Notes: generated by a model not told the origin, from the sequence alone. Positions 41,200 to 54,800 are shown, numbered from the stretch's first letter. The stretch is DNA of 64,000 bases from Eledone cirrhosa (GCA_964016885.1 OZ024741.1:156054001-156118000); one strand, 5' to 3'. Program-made: numbers and translations.

Positions 41200-42372
41200 T
41201 CATTTCATTGAAATGTCTAAGTATTAGAGCCAGATAATTTTTAAATTGATATTAATTATTCCTTCATTGTTGAGTAAATTTAGACTGATTTGGCTGGTAT
41301 TTCCAGCGTAACTGTGCTTCATAACCAGTTTTATGAATTTTGCTTGTGTATTTCTTCCCTACTTAGTTTGTTGGGGTATTTTTCATGTATTGATTTTTCT
41401 TGCCAGCGTTTTAGCATAAAATACAAAAATACTGGGTACCTGTTTTAAAGGTGTACTTTTTTCTTTTTTGCAATTTCCGTTGCTATTTGCCAACTCAGCT
41501 TCGAATTTGAATGTGTTGGCTAAATTGAAGAGAAAAAACAATGTTTTATTTTCCACATGTTTTATGTTTATATGTATTAACTTTCTGTTAATTTCCATTA
41601 GATATTTTTGTAGTCTTATGCTGATTATTTTATAATAGCTTTCGAGATGCATATGGCCACTTCCTCTCTGTGTTAGTTATAAATATAATATTTCTACATT
41701 TGATTTAATGTCTAAAAAATCTAACGTTTTAAGCACGGAAGCTCATCAAACGGTGCTTATCTTGGTTTACTTCGCATTAAGCGACTGCGAGTTCAAGACC
41801 TCCTTCTAAACAGGTCACCAGTCCATCTCAGTTTTAAACTCCCAGCTACTGCTGGTATGCATTTTCAGCTGAGTATACTGGAGAAACGTGAAATGGTGTG
41901 TTGCCCCCCAAACACAACATGCAACCCGATCCAAGAATTGAACGCTCCGTAAGCATAAATCCACGCGCTTTTACATGACTTGGGATGGTGTATTTTAATG
42001 CAACCATTAGTTTTCTTGTGTTCTTGTCCTGCATTTTTTTAAAGAGTCTACTTCAGAATGTTGGCACTCTAGCTTATTACTGCCGTAGCTATAGTATTGA
42101 TGCTTATTATCTTATTCTTTGTATTTAATCCTGTCTTAAGTATTAATCTAATCTATTTATTCTTTTCAAATCTTTTCTTTCATCTGTGTGCCTTGAAATC
42201 CATCTAGTTCATTGATTACTAAATATTTGTATGTCTGTGTTTGATCTAATTCCCTTATCTCAGTTTCTTTATCTAGCATGATATTAGTATTTTTCAATAG
42301 TTTTCCCCTCTTCAGAGCAGCCTTGGCATATTTTTCTAGTCAAAAGTTCATGTCTATTTCTTTTTTGCATCC
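41200..42372 (-). mobile_element. Old degraded Dong/R4-like LINE fragment starting next to an (ATT)n run
   Basis: Remnant peptides KYAKAALKRGKLLKNTNIMLDKETEIRELDQTQTYKYL and WQEKSIHEKYP align by eye with the 33783-34559 ORF. Confidence 0.65.
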
Positions 42373-42790
42373 ATTATTATTATTACTAGCTAACCCTGTC
42401 AAAAATGACGGTTAATTGTAATAGATATACATAATTTAAAAAATAAATGTTTGTTTGTTTGTTGGTTGGTTGGGTCCTTTGCGCTCACTCACATAAGTGA
42501 TACAAACATACAAACACAATGACAATGTGTGTAGCCAAATCGCTACACATACACATAAACACAGCTATGACGAATCTTAGAACGCTGGACTTCTATAGTT
42601 TCTTACCCCACTTCTTTCCTTAGTCATGACATAGATGTGTGTGTATGTAATGATTATTTTTTATAAGTGTGTCTGTTTATATATATATGTATGTGTAGAT
42701 TCGTGTGTGTTTGTAATTCTATTGTCTATGTATCTTTCTGAATAAACACACACAAACACATATACACTCACACAAATATTATATATAAAT

Positions 42791-43702
42791 ACTAGCAGTG
42801 GTACCCGGAGTTGCACGGGATAAGGTATTTTTGAATGCGGGCCGCCAACAGACCTAATCGTGGAAAAACTGCATGCTTGGACAATATGTAAAGAAAATAA
42901 ACCGAATATCGTGATGGCTGGATAATCTTTAAGATTTTACTCGATGAAGCAGGAAAAATGCAGGTTTTCACCTAATGCGGGCCCTAGGGGATCAAGAAAA
43001 TAAAAAAATGTTTATGTGCATAATATACCTTGAAATTTAGGGAAAATCGGCTAGACGTAACGCCTCAAAAAGCCCTAAAAAGCTGAAAAAATGAAGTTTT
43101 TCACCTAATTCGGGCTTTAGGCCATGAAAAAAGTTGGATATTTTGCTCACGGTATGAAGAAGAGACTTACTAATACATAGTTACAATTTCAAGGAAATCA
43201 GTCTGACGTAACGCCTCAAAAAACCCCTAGAAACCTGAAAAATCGCAGTTTTTCGCCTAATGTGGGCCCTAGGGGATCAAAAGCACTCCCTGAATCATAA
43301 GTAATAGACATGTAAAGTTTGAAAAAAGTCGGTTGGGTACTTCTCGAGTTTTAGGGATTCAAACTCACAGACTCACACACACACACAGACAGACAGACAT
43401 CCTCAGGGAAGTGACGTAATGCAGACAGCCAGACATACAGACAGATATTATAAGGGCGCGACGTTATATGTATGTATCTAAGAAGAGAAAGACTAAGAAT
43501 TATAGAAAGAGATTGCTAAATCGCCTAATGCGGCATGTAGGGCATTGAAAATTTGAATTTATTTTGCTCAAAACACTCACTGAAACATAAGTATTACATG
43601 TTTAAAGTTTGAAAACAGTCGGTTGGGTGCTTCTCGAGTTTTAGGGATTCAAACTCACACACACACACACAGACATACATCCTCAGTTTTATATATATAG
43701 AT
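42791..43702 (+). mobile_element. Non-autonomous Helitron/Helentron-like repeat with internal tandem duplications
   Basis: Begins actagcagtggtacccggagttgcacggg (short hairpin), contains internal ~190-300 bp repeats and a (CAGA)n run, and ends ttttatatatatagat. A partial inverted copy lies at 54810-55085. The family assignment rests on architecture only. Confidence 0.5.
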
Positions 43703-43990
43703 AATTTACACAAACACACATATACACACACACAAACACACATATACATACACACAAACACACACATAATCATAAGAGCCAAGATGTAGAGCCAATTCGC
43801 TATACATATAGACACACACAGATGTAGCGAATATTGTACGTTAACACCCTTTCTTTCCTAAGTCGACGTTATCACCCCTTCCTTCCTCTGTCGACGTTAT
43901 TATACTTTCCTTCCTCAGGGAACGTTATCGCCCCTTCCTTAGTCATCTCTTGTGACGCACTCAAGCATATTATATATTAGTACATAATTA

Positions 43991-44395
43991 GGGCGGTGGT
44001 TTGGCAGAATCGGTAGTGTCAGACACCATGTTTTGCAGCATAGTTATGGCCCTTTGCATTCTGAGTTCAAATTCTTACAAGTTCATCCTTACGAGGACGA
44101 TAAAATAAAGTACCAGTGATGCACTGGGGTAGTCACTGGCCTTGTGCCAAAAGTAGAAAGATCTGAGTTCAAATGCCGCCGAGGTTAATTTTGCCTTTCA
44201 TCCTTATGGGGTCGATAAAATAAAGTACCAGTAATGCACTGGGTATTTGCTGGCCTTGTGCCAAAAGTAGAAACAATTATTATCATTCGCTGAGGTTAAC
44301 TTTGCCTTTCATCCTTACGGGGTTGATAAAATAAAGTACCAGTAATGCACTGGGTAATTGCTGGCCTTGTGCCAAACGTAGAAACAACTATAATC
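43991..44395 (+). mobile_element. tRNA-derived SINE with triplicated 3' body
   Basis: A-box-like tggcagaatcgg and B-box-like gagttcaaat. The core tttgcctttcatcctt..ggggtcgataaaataaagtaccag is repeated three times. Confidence 0.7.
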
Positions 44396-44400
44396 GGCAC

Positions 44401-47400
44401 AATTATTATTATTATTACAGCTGCATTTATCTTGCTTTATGTTTATACGAGTTATCACCAAGTCACAACCAGTGACCTCAAGAGACAACAAGGTCCGCCA
44501 TGTTCAAGAAAGAACATACATACTCCCACATGCATCTTTAGGTGTTTAGACTTGTGATGTACTTATATTGACAGAATCTTCCTTAGTATATGGGCAGTTC
44601 CCATTAGTACTATCTTTTGTATTTCTCCTATACGCGGGTTTCCTGGGATTTGCGATAAGTAATCATTAGACCCCATAGGTATCATTCCTAGAGCGCCTAC
44701 AACCACTGGTATTGTTTTAGTTCTCAATTTCCACATTTTTTCCAATTTCTATCTCCAGGTCCTTATACTTGCTCAATTTTTCCAATTTTTTTATAGATAC
44801 ATTCTTGTCTATTGGAAAGGACACATCAATTAGCAGGCATACCCTCTTTTTAAAGTCCTTCAATCTATTTGCATCTATTTTTCGGTCTGTTTGGAGGCTA
44901 AAGTTCCACAAGATTGAGATGCGATCTTTTTCAAGTATGGGAGGTGGTTGATGCTCCCACCAATTCTTTTGATGGGGCAGGTCAAAATGCTTACACATTA
45001 TCCAATGTATGTATTGTGCAGCTCTGTCATACCTGTTTAAGTATTCGGTTGGAGCTATAGGACTGCACATTGAAATTATATGGTCAATGGTCTCTGGTTG
45101 TTTTTTACATACACGGCATAATAGGCTGCATCCATTTTTTATTATGTTGGCTTGGTGATTTTTTGTTGGCAGACACTGATCTTGTGCTGATATAATCAGT
45201 CCTTCAGTCTCCGATTTCAGTCCAGAGGATGCCAACCACTGATGGGCTAAAGTTTTGTCAACATCAGGATTGTTAGCTCTTTCTGGGTATTTTCCATACA
45301 GAGGCTTTTCTTGTCATTTCTTAGCCAGTTTCTGTAGCAGTTCTTTCTTTGCAGTTACTTTTACCTGCTTTGCTTTTTCTGTGTTTTCCATTTCAGCAGT
45401 AAATGGGACTTCTGAAATTTGTAGTCCATTACTGTATCTTTGTGCATCTTTTGTAATAGAGTATGATCTTCTGATGCTTTCGTGTTTCAAAACGAGTTTG
45501 ATCATCCAATCATGTGATTCCCTTAGATATGTAGATAATCCAATTGTTGCAGTTTTCAACGCAATGTCTAACTGGATTAACCCACGTCCCCCTTCTTTCC
45601 TCGGGAGATATATTCTATCTGTATCTGCATTGGGTGATGCATTCTGTGCATCGTTAATAATTTTCTAATTTTTGTATCGAGTCTACGGATCTCTGTGCTT
45701 GACCAATTGATGACATTGTAACTGTAGGTTACTACTGGTATGGCAAGCGTATTTATGGCATCGATCCTATTCCTTGCATTCAATTCCGTTCTTAAGATTG
45801 CTCTTACTCTGCGGTAACATTCCTTCCTTATCCTTTCCCTCATTGTCGAGTGCTTGGTTCCGTCTCCTTCACAAACACCTAGATATTTGTAAGTTTCCTC
45901 TTGATCAAGTTCTCTTATCACATTCCCTCGATCAAGATTAATGTCTGAACTTTTCAGCAGCTTTCGTCTGGTGAACGTTACTTTGGCGCATTTATCTAGT
46001 CCAAACTCCATTTTAATGTCATCACTGAACTGCTCCACAGTGGATAATAGCCCCTGTAATTGTTCATCATTTTTTGCAAATAGTTTCAGGTCATCCATGT
46101 AGAACTAGTGATTAATGGTTTTGTCATAGACTTTATATCTATGTTTTGTTTCATTGAGCATTTTACTTAATGGTGTAAGTGCGATGCAGAATAAAAGCGG
46201 TAATAAAGAGTCACCCTGAAAAATTCAACAATTAATATTAACTACTCCAGCTTCCAGTGATTTTGTTTCACTATTCAAAAGGAGTGTCGTTTTCCATGTC
46301 TTCATACTGAATGACAACGGGAGATATTTTGAAAATGTCTAAATATTTTTCAATCCAACTGTGTGGCAAACTATCGAATGCTTTTTTATAATCTATCGAA
46401 GCAATTGATAGATTTTTGTGTCTATTATGACAATCTTCCAGTATCATTTTGTTAACCAAAAGCTGATCCTTACAGCCATATGAGCCTCGTTTACACCCTT
46501 TCTGCTGAATGAGAAATAGGTCATTTGTTATCATGTGGTCATATGTACATTCAGTTAGGACTGATGTTAAAATTTTATACATTGTGGTCAAGCAAGTTAT
46601 CGGTCTGTAATTTGTGGGATTGTTTGTCTCATCATTCTTCGGAAGCAGGAATGTAATGCCGTTAACTAGCCATGATGGTATCTTTTCTGGCTCCTTAACC
46701 ATTTCATTGTAAAGTTGGGCTAACAGCTCATGAGACTCTGTGAAGGCATTTATCCAAACATTTTGTATTTTGTCTTTTCCTGGGGATTTCCATTTGCTGG
46801 TTTTTCTAAGAGCCAAACGCAACTGTTCAACTGTTATAGTTTCCCATATTTGTTCCTCAAGGTGAGCTGTATCTTTCATTTGTCTGTCTATCCATGGGGC
46901 ATGTATATTATGAACTTTTTCTTCGGTCCAGATCTTTTCCCAGAATTCTTGCACTTCCTCCTTGGGTGGTATTGATTTAGCAGTTATTGTTGACTTACCA
47001 ATTTTTCTGTAGAAGTTTCTTTGGTTGTTTTTGAACATATTATTGTCCTTATAGAATCTAGATCGTTTTTCAAAGCGCCTTATACGAGCAGCTTTGGCCG
47101 ACACTTTTTGCTTGATTATTTCTATCAGCATGTCTATGTCACTTGTTGATTTTATACTGTACTTTCTTTTCAATTTTCTAAGTTTAGTTTGTTTAACATG
47201 TTCACCTACTTTATAGTTTGTTAAAATTTCTGTCAGATCGGAGAAGGTTTATTTGGCGATTGATGTTCTCTTGCCAAGTAGATTTCTTGTGGGAATTCCT
47301 TTGTTTTTTCATCTTCACTCCACATAAGTGAGTGGTGACTTTAGCCGATGCATAATAGAGATGATTTAAATCAGTAATGTTTAGTTTGTTTGTGATGATA

Positions 47401-47589
47401 ATGTTTTTGAGAATTATGTTAGTCTTGTGTATTATCTTTTGGTTCTGTTTGGAGTTCTGGATCTTAGGGAGGGTGTCTCGTTTCCCCATGTCAGATTCTT
47501 TCATTTTCATCCATTCGATCATAATTTCATCCTTCAAGTTGGCAAGTTCATTCTCATTAATTTCTTTATCATTTACGATCTCATTATTT

Positions 47590-47591
<2 letters not shown>
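44401..47591 (-). mobile_element. 5'-truncated decayed Dong/R4-clade RLE LINE, same family as 33781-35403
   Basis: KSPGKD, NYRPITCL, QQKGC, DYKKAFDS, QGDSLLP, YMDDLKLFA, CCHC and RLE motifs in broken ORFs. (ATT)n on both sides. Confidence 0.9.

Positions 47592-47645
<54 letters not shown>
47592..47645. repeat. (ATT)18 microsatellite between divergently oriented R4 and Tx1 elements
   Basis: Direct reading. Confidence 0.95.
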
Positions 47646-50600
47646 GGCAACCTACGTAGGAAATCGTATTATCGTGAGCTCCGCAAAGGTTTGTTGTTTT
47701 CCGTTGTTTCAAATTGCCAGTTATGGAAATTTTTTGTTGTTAAGTGTTTATAAGTTCACATATATTGCTTTCTGAAGAGGACACTCAAAAGGATTGGGGC
47801 CTTGAGCCCAAAATTTAAACTTTCATAATTATCAAAGAAAAACTTTCTTTTAAAAAAACATGGACGCCTCATAGCCACACGAAGCTGACAACCTTCCTCA
47901 CAACCTAGCACCTCACACCAACACCACCATTGTAAATATTACTACGGTTGCTAACACTAAAAATATAAGCAGTGGCAATAATTTAAATTTGTCACATGCA
48001 GACATTCATTTCCCGCCATTACCAATAACTGCAGGTGTTAAAGCCGCCATCCCCACCCCCACCACAGCGACAACAGAAACAAACAAAAAATAAATTATTT
48101 TCTCGTGACATCGAAATGGATTCACCCAGAATCGACTCTTCCACGTCGAACACCACTGACGCCACCACCACCAGTTCCACCACCACAACTGAAACTAAAA
48201 ATAACAATAACAAAAAAAAAACAATAACAACAACAGCAACAATGAGAATAACAACAACAACATCAACACAAGTGCAAAACAAAATGTGTCGTTTTCCAAA
48301 GCAGCCAAGAAAAGCGAAATAATCGAGGTAAGCCAGGATGAATTAAATCAAGCCAAGCGAATGGTAATAAAAGATGAGTAGAGTGTCAGCCTCAATCCCC
48401 CACCTAATAAAATGGAGCATCGGCGCCTATGCACCGTGTCATATCGGACGATAAACGCAAAATCACGCTGAGTGGAACGGGCATCCGTGTCCCAAATACA
48501 AAAAGCTTTGGGACATGTGTGGGCGAAACAAAACCACATCAGACGTGGGCAGAAATATGGAAGCGTGGACGTGTTCTTTGGAACACAACATGAAGCCAGA
48601 GAGCACTCCATGGCCCCATTAAGAAGTGACGACTTCACACTCGTCCCAAGCTATTGTAGTCAGAGACTCGTGAAGATCAGGGTTACCCACGTTCCACCGG
48701 CCATCGAAATTCCCTGGCTAATGGCTGCCGTCCTCGCGGGCATCGATGCCAACACGAAAATAATTGAAGTAACAAAAGAACAGCAGGAGAACTGGTCCGA
48801 ATCTAAGCCGACCAAACAAACATTGAGGAAATTCCAGAGGTGATAGACCTCAATGACGGCAGCCACCTCACCGTAATCGTTGAGGGTAGAAGGCCTAGGT
48901 GTGTCGTTTGTGGTGAAGGAACCCACCTAAAGGCTTTCGGCCCTCAGGCTAAAAAGTTGAGGCCACCTCTCTTACCCACCCCAGTGACTCAACCATCAAC
49001 ACCACCAATAGCAGAGATGGCAGCTACAACTGCAGCAGAAACAACATAAGCAACTGTAGCAGCAACAACCCCAGCAACAGTAGCAAAACCAACACCACCA
49101 CCACCACCCACCTCACCAGAAATAGCATCAGAGCCTCCACCATCCACCACGCCACAAAAAACCAACGCCTGTGGAGGATTTTCCACTCCCCAAACTATCG
49201 CAACTGGAGACAGTTTGTGACGACGAGGAGTGGGAAACTGTATCAGAAAAAAAGAAAAAAAGAAAAAAAGAAAAAAAGAAAAAAAGAAAAAAAGAAAAAG
49301 GACCCAAAAAAGAAACAAATCCTCTTCCTTCCCCCTCCAAAAACAAAATGTAGGGTGAAACAAATAAACAAACAAACACAAAAGTTAAGACAGCTATGCC
49401 ACCATCCACACTAGTATCACCAACCCCATCACCACAAACACCAACACCCATCACCATCATTAACCCCAACACCATCATCACCAATACCACAAAAGTCACC
49501 AAAAAGCGAAACAGAAACAAACCCACAACAAACGCAAACAAAACAAAACAACCAAAACGATACACACTACACAGCATTAAATTTGAACAACAACCAATTA
49601 TTACACTACATCCAACATCACAGAAAATGATTACACAACACCCCAAAATTTCACACCACCTCCACATATACAAATCACTCGCATCACACAGAAAACGTAC
49701 ACGACACTAAAACAGAAATTCCCCAAGTACATCGGAGATTTCCGACAAACACTCTCCAGGAGGATTTATAAGGTCATCCTTCCAGAGTAGGCCAAAAGCA
49801 GTGAGAAGGATAGAAAAACCATCCTCCAACTACGAGAAGTTAGGTAAGTGGTCTTTCCCATCTTTTTCCACTCCTTCCCAACATGACCTCACTCAGAATA
49901 GGCAGCATAAATGCGCGTGGCTTGGGGTCGTCATGGAAGCAGGGGCACCTGCTCAACGACCTCAGGTCACGGAACATATATGTGGTGGCCAACAGCGAGA
50001 CCAGAATCTCCGAAGCACTGGCCTTCGCACCGATCTTCAGCGGCTACGATGTGTACGCATCTCCCAGCCGTGCTGGATCGTTGGGAGGAGATGCTGTGCT
50101 TTTTCGGAGAGGTTTGGATCTCGCCATTCGGGCCATCTTCCTGGACCCAGAAGGTAAGTTGGTGGTGCTGGAGGTGACCAGCGGAGACGGGCAAGCTTTC
50201 AGGCCTGTGGCCGTCTATGCCTCGACAGGAGCAGGGCGGCCTGATTTCTTCCGGCGTCTGGAGACCTTTCTTGGAGCGTCCCGCCCTTTAGTGTTTGTGA
50301 GCGACTGGAACGGGATCTTAGATACACGCTGGGACTGTGTGGGATTAGCGGATAGGGCAGGAGGGTGTAAAAGCCTCGCAAACCTGCTCAGGCGATTTCA
50401 ACTATCTGACAACAGGTACCGTCTGGATTTCCCACATGTGCCAATGTGGACATGGACAAACCGCATCGGGTCATCCAGATCATATCTAGATAGGGTATTT
50501 TGTAGGGAAATAGATAAGGTGTAGTATAGCCTGTCCACATTTCAAAATAGTCGACTACATGGACCACACATTCGTGATCTGTGAGGTTGACTTAGATAGG

Positions 50601-53104
50601 CTTCATAGACAGGGACCGGGCTCCTGGATGCTAAACGCGTCATCAACAGCTCACAAGGCCTTCAGGGACCGGAATAGTGAACTAGAGAAGCTGGCGTCGA
50701 CGGGAGCCATCGTTTACAACAAATGGTTGTTTGCTCTGAAAAGAGCGATTAGAATATAGTCTATTAGGTTTAGTAAGGCTTTAGTAATAAAGAAAATAGA
50801 GCAGAGGGAGAACTAGTTAGAAAATTAGACGAGGCGCTTAGTAAAGGCATCGCGACCGACGTACTTGCGGCGAAATTGGCCCTTGACCAATTCTTCAATG
50901 CAAAGCACGAAGGCTGCATTGTCAGAGCTAGGGTGCGTGCTCTCAGACACGAGGGGACGAAAGCCAGTCAATGGGCCCGAGTGGCGGAGGCGCGTCGTGG
51001 CAACAAAGCCACGATCCGGTCTTTGGTGGACCACGACGGGCGCATGCTACTCGATCCCGGGCAAATCTGTGAAGCTTTTCAACGACATTTCGCTCAGCTG
51101 TTCGGGGGCAGCGGCGAACCGGTTCGAGGGATGGACTTTAGTGCCTACCTCCACGGACTTCCGCGGCTCTCGCCCACTGAGGCGGAGTGTTGCGAATAGC
51201 CGATAACAGCCGCTGGAGTACGGGAGGCAATGACTGGCTGCACAAGGGGTAAATCGCCTGGTTTGGATGGTCTGCCCTATGAACTTTATGTACATATGCC
51301 AGACTTGTTCGGAGGCCTATTGGCGGACGTCTACTGCAACTGGCAACAGAACGGGAGAATTCCCAGCTCTGTGAGCCGAGGAGCGGTGGCGCTGCTGTGA
51401 AAGGATAATATAGATAATTTCAGGCCCATAACTCTGCTAAACACAGAGTTCAAGATTTTGGCCAAGGTGCTAGCAAAGCTGTTGGTGCTTGTCGTAGGTG
51501 GTCTGGTGGGAGAGGCGAGGACGCGCGCCATTTCCGACAGATCCATCCACTACAACCTCCACCTCATGCGATACATCGTGGTGAGGGTAGCTAGGGAACC
51601 TGACACGAGTGGGTCCTTGATCAATGTAGATCAGTCGAAAGTTTTTGATAGGGTCAACCATCGTTATCTGGCGGCAGTCCTGAGGGCAGGTGGCTTTGGG
51701 CCCATCTTCAGAGGCTGGATCGCTGCTATGCACAGCGGCATCTGCTCTGTGGTGAGAGTGAGCGGTCACCTTTCGGAACCGTTGAACATCATGCGCTCGG
51801 TCCGCCAAGGATGTCCCCTCTCATTCCTCTTGTACGTATTGACTATCGAGCCATTACTGCACAAACTGGAGACGTTAAGGGGGGTCCCGCCCGAACTAGG
51901 ATGCGGAAGATCCGTGTCAGCATATGCGGACGATGTCACCGTAGTTGTGTCGAACGCCAAACACATCGAGGCGATCGGCACTACACTAAGAGAATGCGAA
52001 GCTGTGACAGGAGCAATGATCAACTAGGAAAAGTCGGTGGGCCTGCAGTTCGGCACCTGGAGAGGCAGGTCCATGCCGTCCAGCAGCGTCGTCGGCGCTT
52101 GACGGACAGACCAGTTAAATTGCTAGGGGTCTGGTTCAGTCCTCCAGACGGACAAAAACTGGGACGAGGTGACGAAAAATCGGGCAATGCGATCGGTGGA
52201 AACTCCACCTTGGCGTTCTATAGAGGATTAGTGGATGGAAAGAGTAACGACATACTTGGGGAAACTCTAGACGTCGACGAAAATCAACTAGTCAAATTCT
52301 TCGGAAGAACTTTCGGGCCGAGGCCTGTGGACAACTTCCAGAAATCACTGGCCTGGCAGTGCTACCGAGGAGCTTTGCCAGTTCGGGATAACTCTACAGG
52401 AATGGAGGTGCCGTCAGCCGGGCATGTCCGAGATGCGCGCAGGGCGACGAAACCGTCCTGCACGCACTCTTCCTGTGTCCGTGTATTGCTGACTAGTGGG
52501 TTTATGTCGAACACCTGCTGTCGCTTGTAGGACGGATCCGGCTATCAGCTGAGTTCATGGTGAGCATTGCCCCGCCCTCTTCCGTTAGCCGGGAAGGGCA
52601 GGCAGTTTTTATCTGTCTGGTGGCCATGGCGAAAGAGATAGTATGGTGGACACGTTTGAAAGGGTTGAAGACGAGCACTTACCTCTTCGGTGATTCCCTG
52701 ATTAAATTTTTCAAATTTCATTTGAAAAGGAAAATCAGGGTAGAGAGGGAAGTGCTCTCTTCCCAGCATTTTGTTGAAAGATGGGTGAGAGAGGCAAGAA
52801 TTGCCCGAGTGAATGGGCCTACTCTGAGTATGTGTCTGTAAATTAAAGGTGGAAAACTGGGAGAGGGCACTTGCCCTGGTGGTCAGGGTCACTGTGGCTT
52901 TTTAATGGGCTTTCTCCACGTATGTCCCTCGGAAGTCGCCCCCGTATTGGGGAATTTTTCATTGTTATTTTTTTGTTACATCCTCTGTTTTTGTTTTTTT
53001 AAACGCAGAAATGCCCATTTGTACCGTCCTATATTGTCCTGTACTGTCCTTAATGTCTACTTTATGTAAACCCTTTTGGTTAATAAAGAAAGCATTATTA
53101 TTAT
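47646..53104 (+). mobile_element. Decayed Tx1 LINE: ORF2 and 3' UTR closely match the array, 5' UTR/ORF1 are divergent
   Basis: ORF2 starts at 49883 (MTSLRIGSINARGL) and has stops, frameshifts and a ~440 bp deletion at ~52175. ORF1 remnants include QIQKALGHVW and RPRCVVCGEGTHLKAF. AATAAA and (ATT)n at 53082-53104. Confidence 0.9.
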
Positions 53105-53116
53105 TTGGATTGGTAG

Positions 53117-53315
53117 AGGGCGGTGGATTGGTAGTATCGGTAGAGGGTCGGACGCCATGCTTTCTAGCATAGTTACGTCCCTTTACGATCTGAGTCCAAA
53201 TCCCGCCGAGGTTGACTTTGCCTTTCATCCTTACGGGGTCGATAAAATAAAGTACCAGTGAGGCACTGGGTAGTTGCTGGCCTTGTTCCTAAAGTAGAAA
53301 CAATTATTATTATTA
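53117..53315 (+). mobile_element. tRNA-derived SINE (same family as 43991) with (ATT)n/(AGT)n tail
   Basis: Same head and core sequence as the 43991-44395 element. Confidence 0.75.
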
Positions 53316-53316
53316 T

Positions 53317-53350
<34 letters not shown>

Positions 53351-53354
53351 TTTG

Positions 53355-54800
53355 ATTCCATGCCTGGGCCATATTTTTCTCTTTTGGAGTAAGGTCCATG
53401 CTAAAACATAGCCTTATTTTGTCAGCTGCACCAGCGAAAGATTTCTTGTTGTTGGTTTTGTAGTCATCGTTGCAGTTGGTGTTGGTGTTGTTGTCAATCA
53501 CTCTGTTGTTATTCTCGGTGTGGTTGTTGTTGATGGTGTCGTTGTTCTTTTGACATGTTTCGTTGTTGCTGTTGGTGTTGTCACTGTTCATGTTGTTGTT
53601 GGTGGTGTTGTTATTTTCGTTGTTGTTTATGTTGCCATTGTTTGTTTCGTCTGTCTTTTGGTTGTTTGTGTTGGTGCTGCTGTTTTTGTTGTTGGTAATA
53701 CTGCATTAATCGGAATTGGGATGGACTGACAGTACACGGATGTAACGCCTAGTATAATAGACTTCACTGAGAGCCCCCATATACCCGTGTCACTCATGTA
53801 GAGCAAAACTTTACGCCAAGGTTTTACGTCTACACTAGATCTTTAGGGTGGAAGGCTCCTCTCCTTCTAACATCTAATCCGCTACAACGAACAACGCAAT
53901 CAACAGCTGCCGCAGTAAATACATCATCATCAATGGCTGCGACAACAGCGAGAAGGACACCTCCATCAGCTACAACTGCTAAAACAACAGCTGTAGAACA
54001 TACAGCACCAAAGACGCGAGACCCAACATTGCCACCAGCACCAGCGACAACAGCACCAACAACAACACGCGTTGAAAAGATGTTCCTCCCCGACTAGGCA
54101 CAGTCAGATATATAGAGTGGTTTGTGAATTGAAGGAGTAGAAATCCATAAAATCCAAAAAGGATATACAAAAAAAACCGGTGTGACTTTATCTACAATAA
54201 AATGTGGAGAGAAAAACATTAATGCCATAAGTTACACATCAACTCCACCAACGTCACCACCACAATTACAACCACGACATACACCAGCAACATGTCAAAT
54301 ACAACACAACTCTCTCCTCTATATCAACAACAGCAATACAACAAAAGCAAATCTACGACAATGGCAAAGTATACAGCCATAAATACAACAAACGAACATT
54401 TTATGTATCATATAGACCACCACAAACATTAAGGAAAATAACGATGACACGTCAATGATAGCAAAACTAAAACACATAAAACTCATACACGGCACGCAAG
54501 ACAAACACAAACTTAAAACTAAAATTCCCCGGTGCAATTAGAGACTCCGTAAGTTCATTTCCAACAAAATATACAGAAAGTTAGACGGAAGGACTGATCA
54601 ACCACCCTTCCTCAACATGAAGAGAAGTAGTCCTACTCATTTTTTCTCCTCTTCATCAAGCATGGCCTTACTCGGGATAGACAGTGTCAATGCATATAGC
54701 GTGAGGTCGTCTTGGAATCAGAGTCATCTGCACATCGATCTCGGGTCATTGAACATAGATGTGCTACTTGCCACAAACGAGACCAACGTTACCAAGGAAG
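53355..54800. mobile_element. Older Tx1-relative fragment with inverted ORF1 N-terminus
   Basis: The minus strand at 53355-53730 encodes an Asn-rich stretch plus KKSFAGAA (cf. ISFAGIA). The plus strand from 54662 reads MALLGIDSVNAYSVRSSWNQSHLHIDLGSLNIDV, homologous to the ORF2 start. Confidence 0.6.

Noticed and set aside
44060-44395. Regularly spaced repeats resembling a CRISPR array
   Set aside because: They are tandem SINE bodies in eukaryotic DNA, with no unique spacers and no cas genes.
52165-52190. ~440 bp deletion in the solo Tx1 as a second splice event
   Set aside because: The ends are not GT-AG, and a 3-nt 'cga' microhomology explains it.
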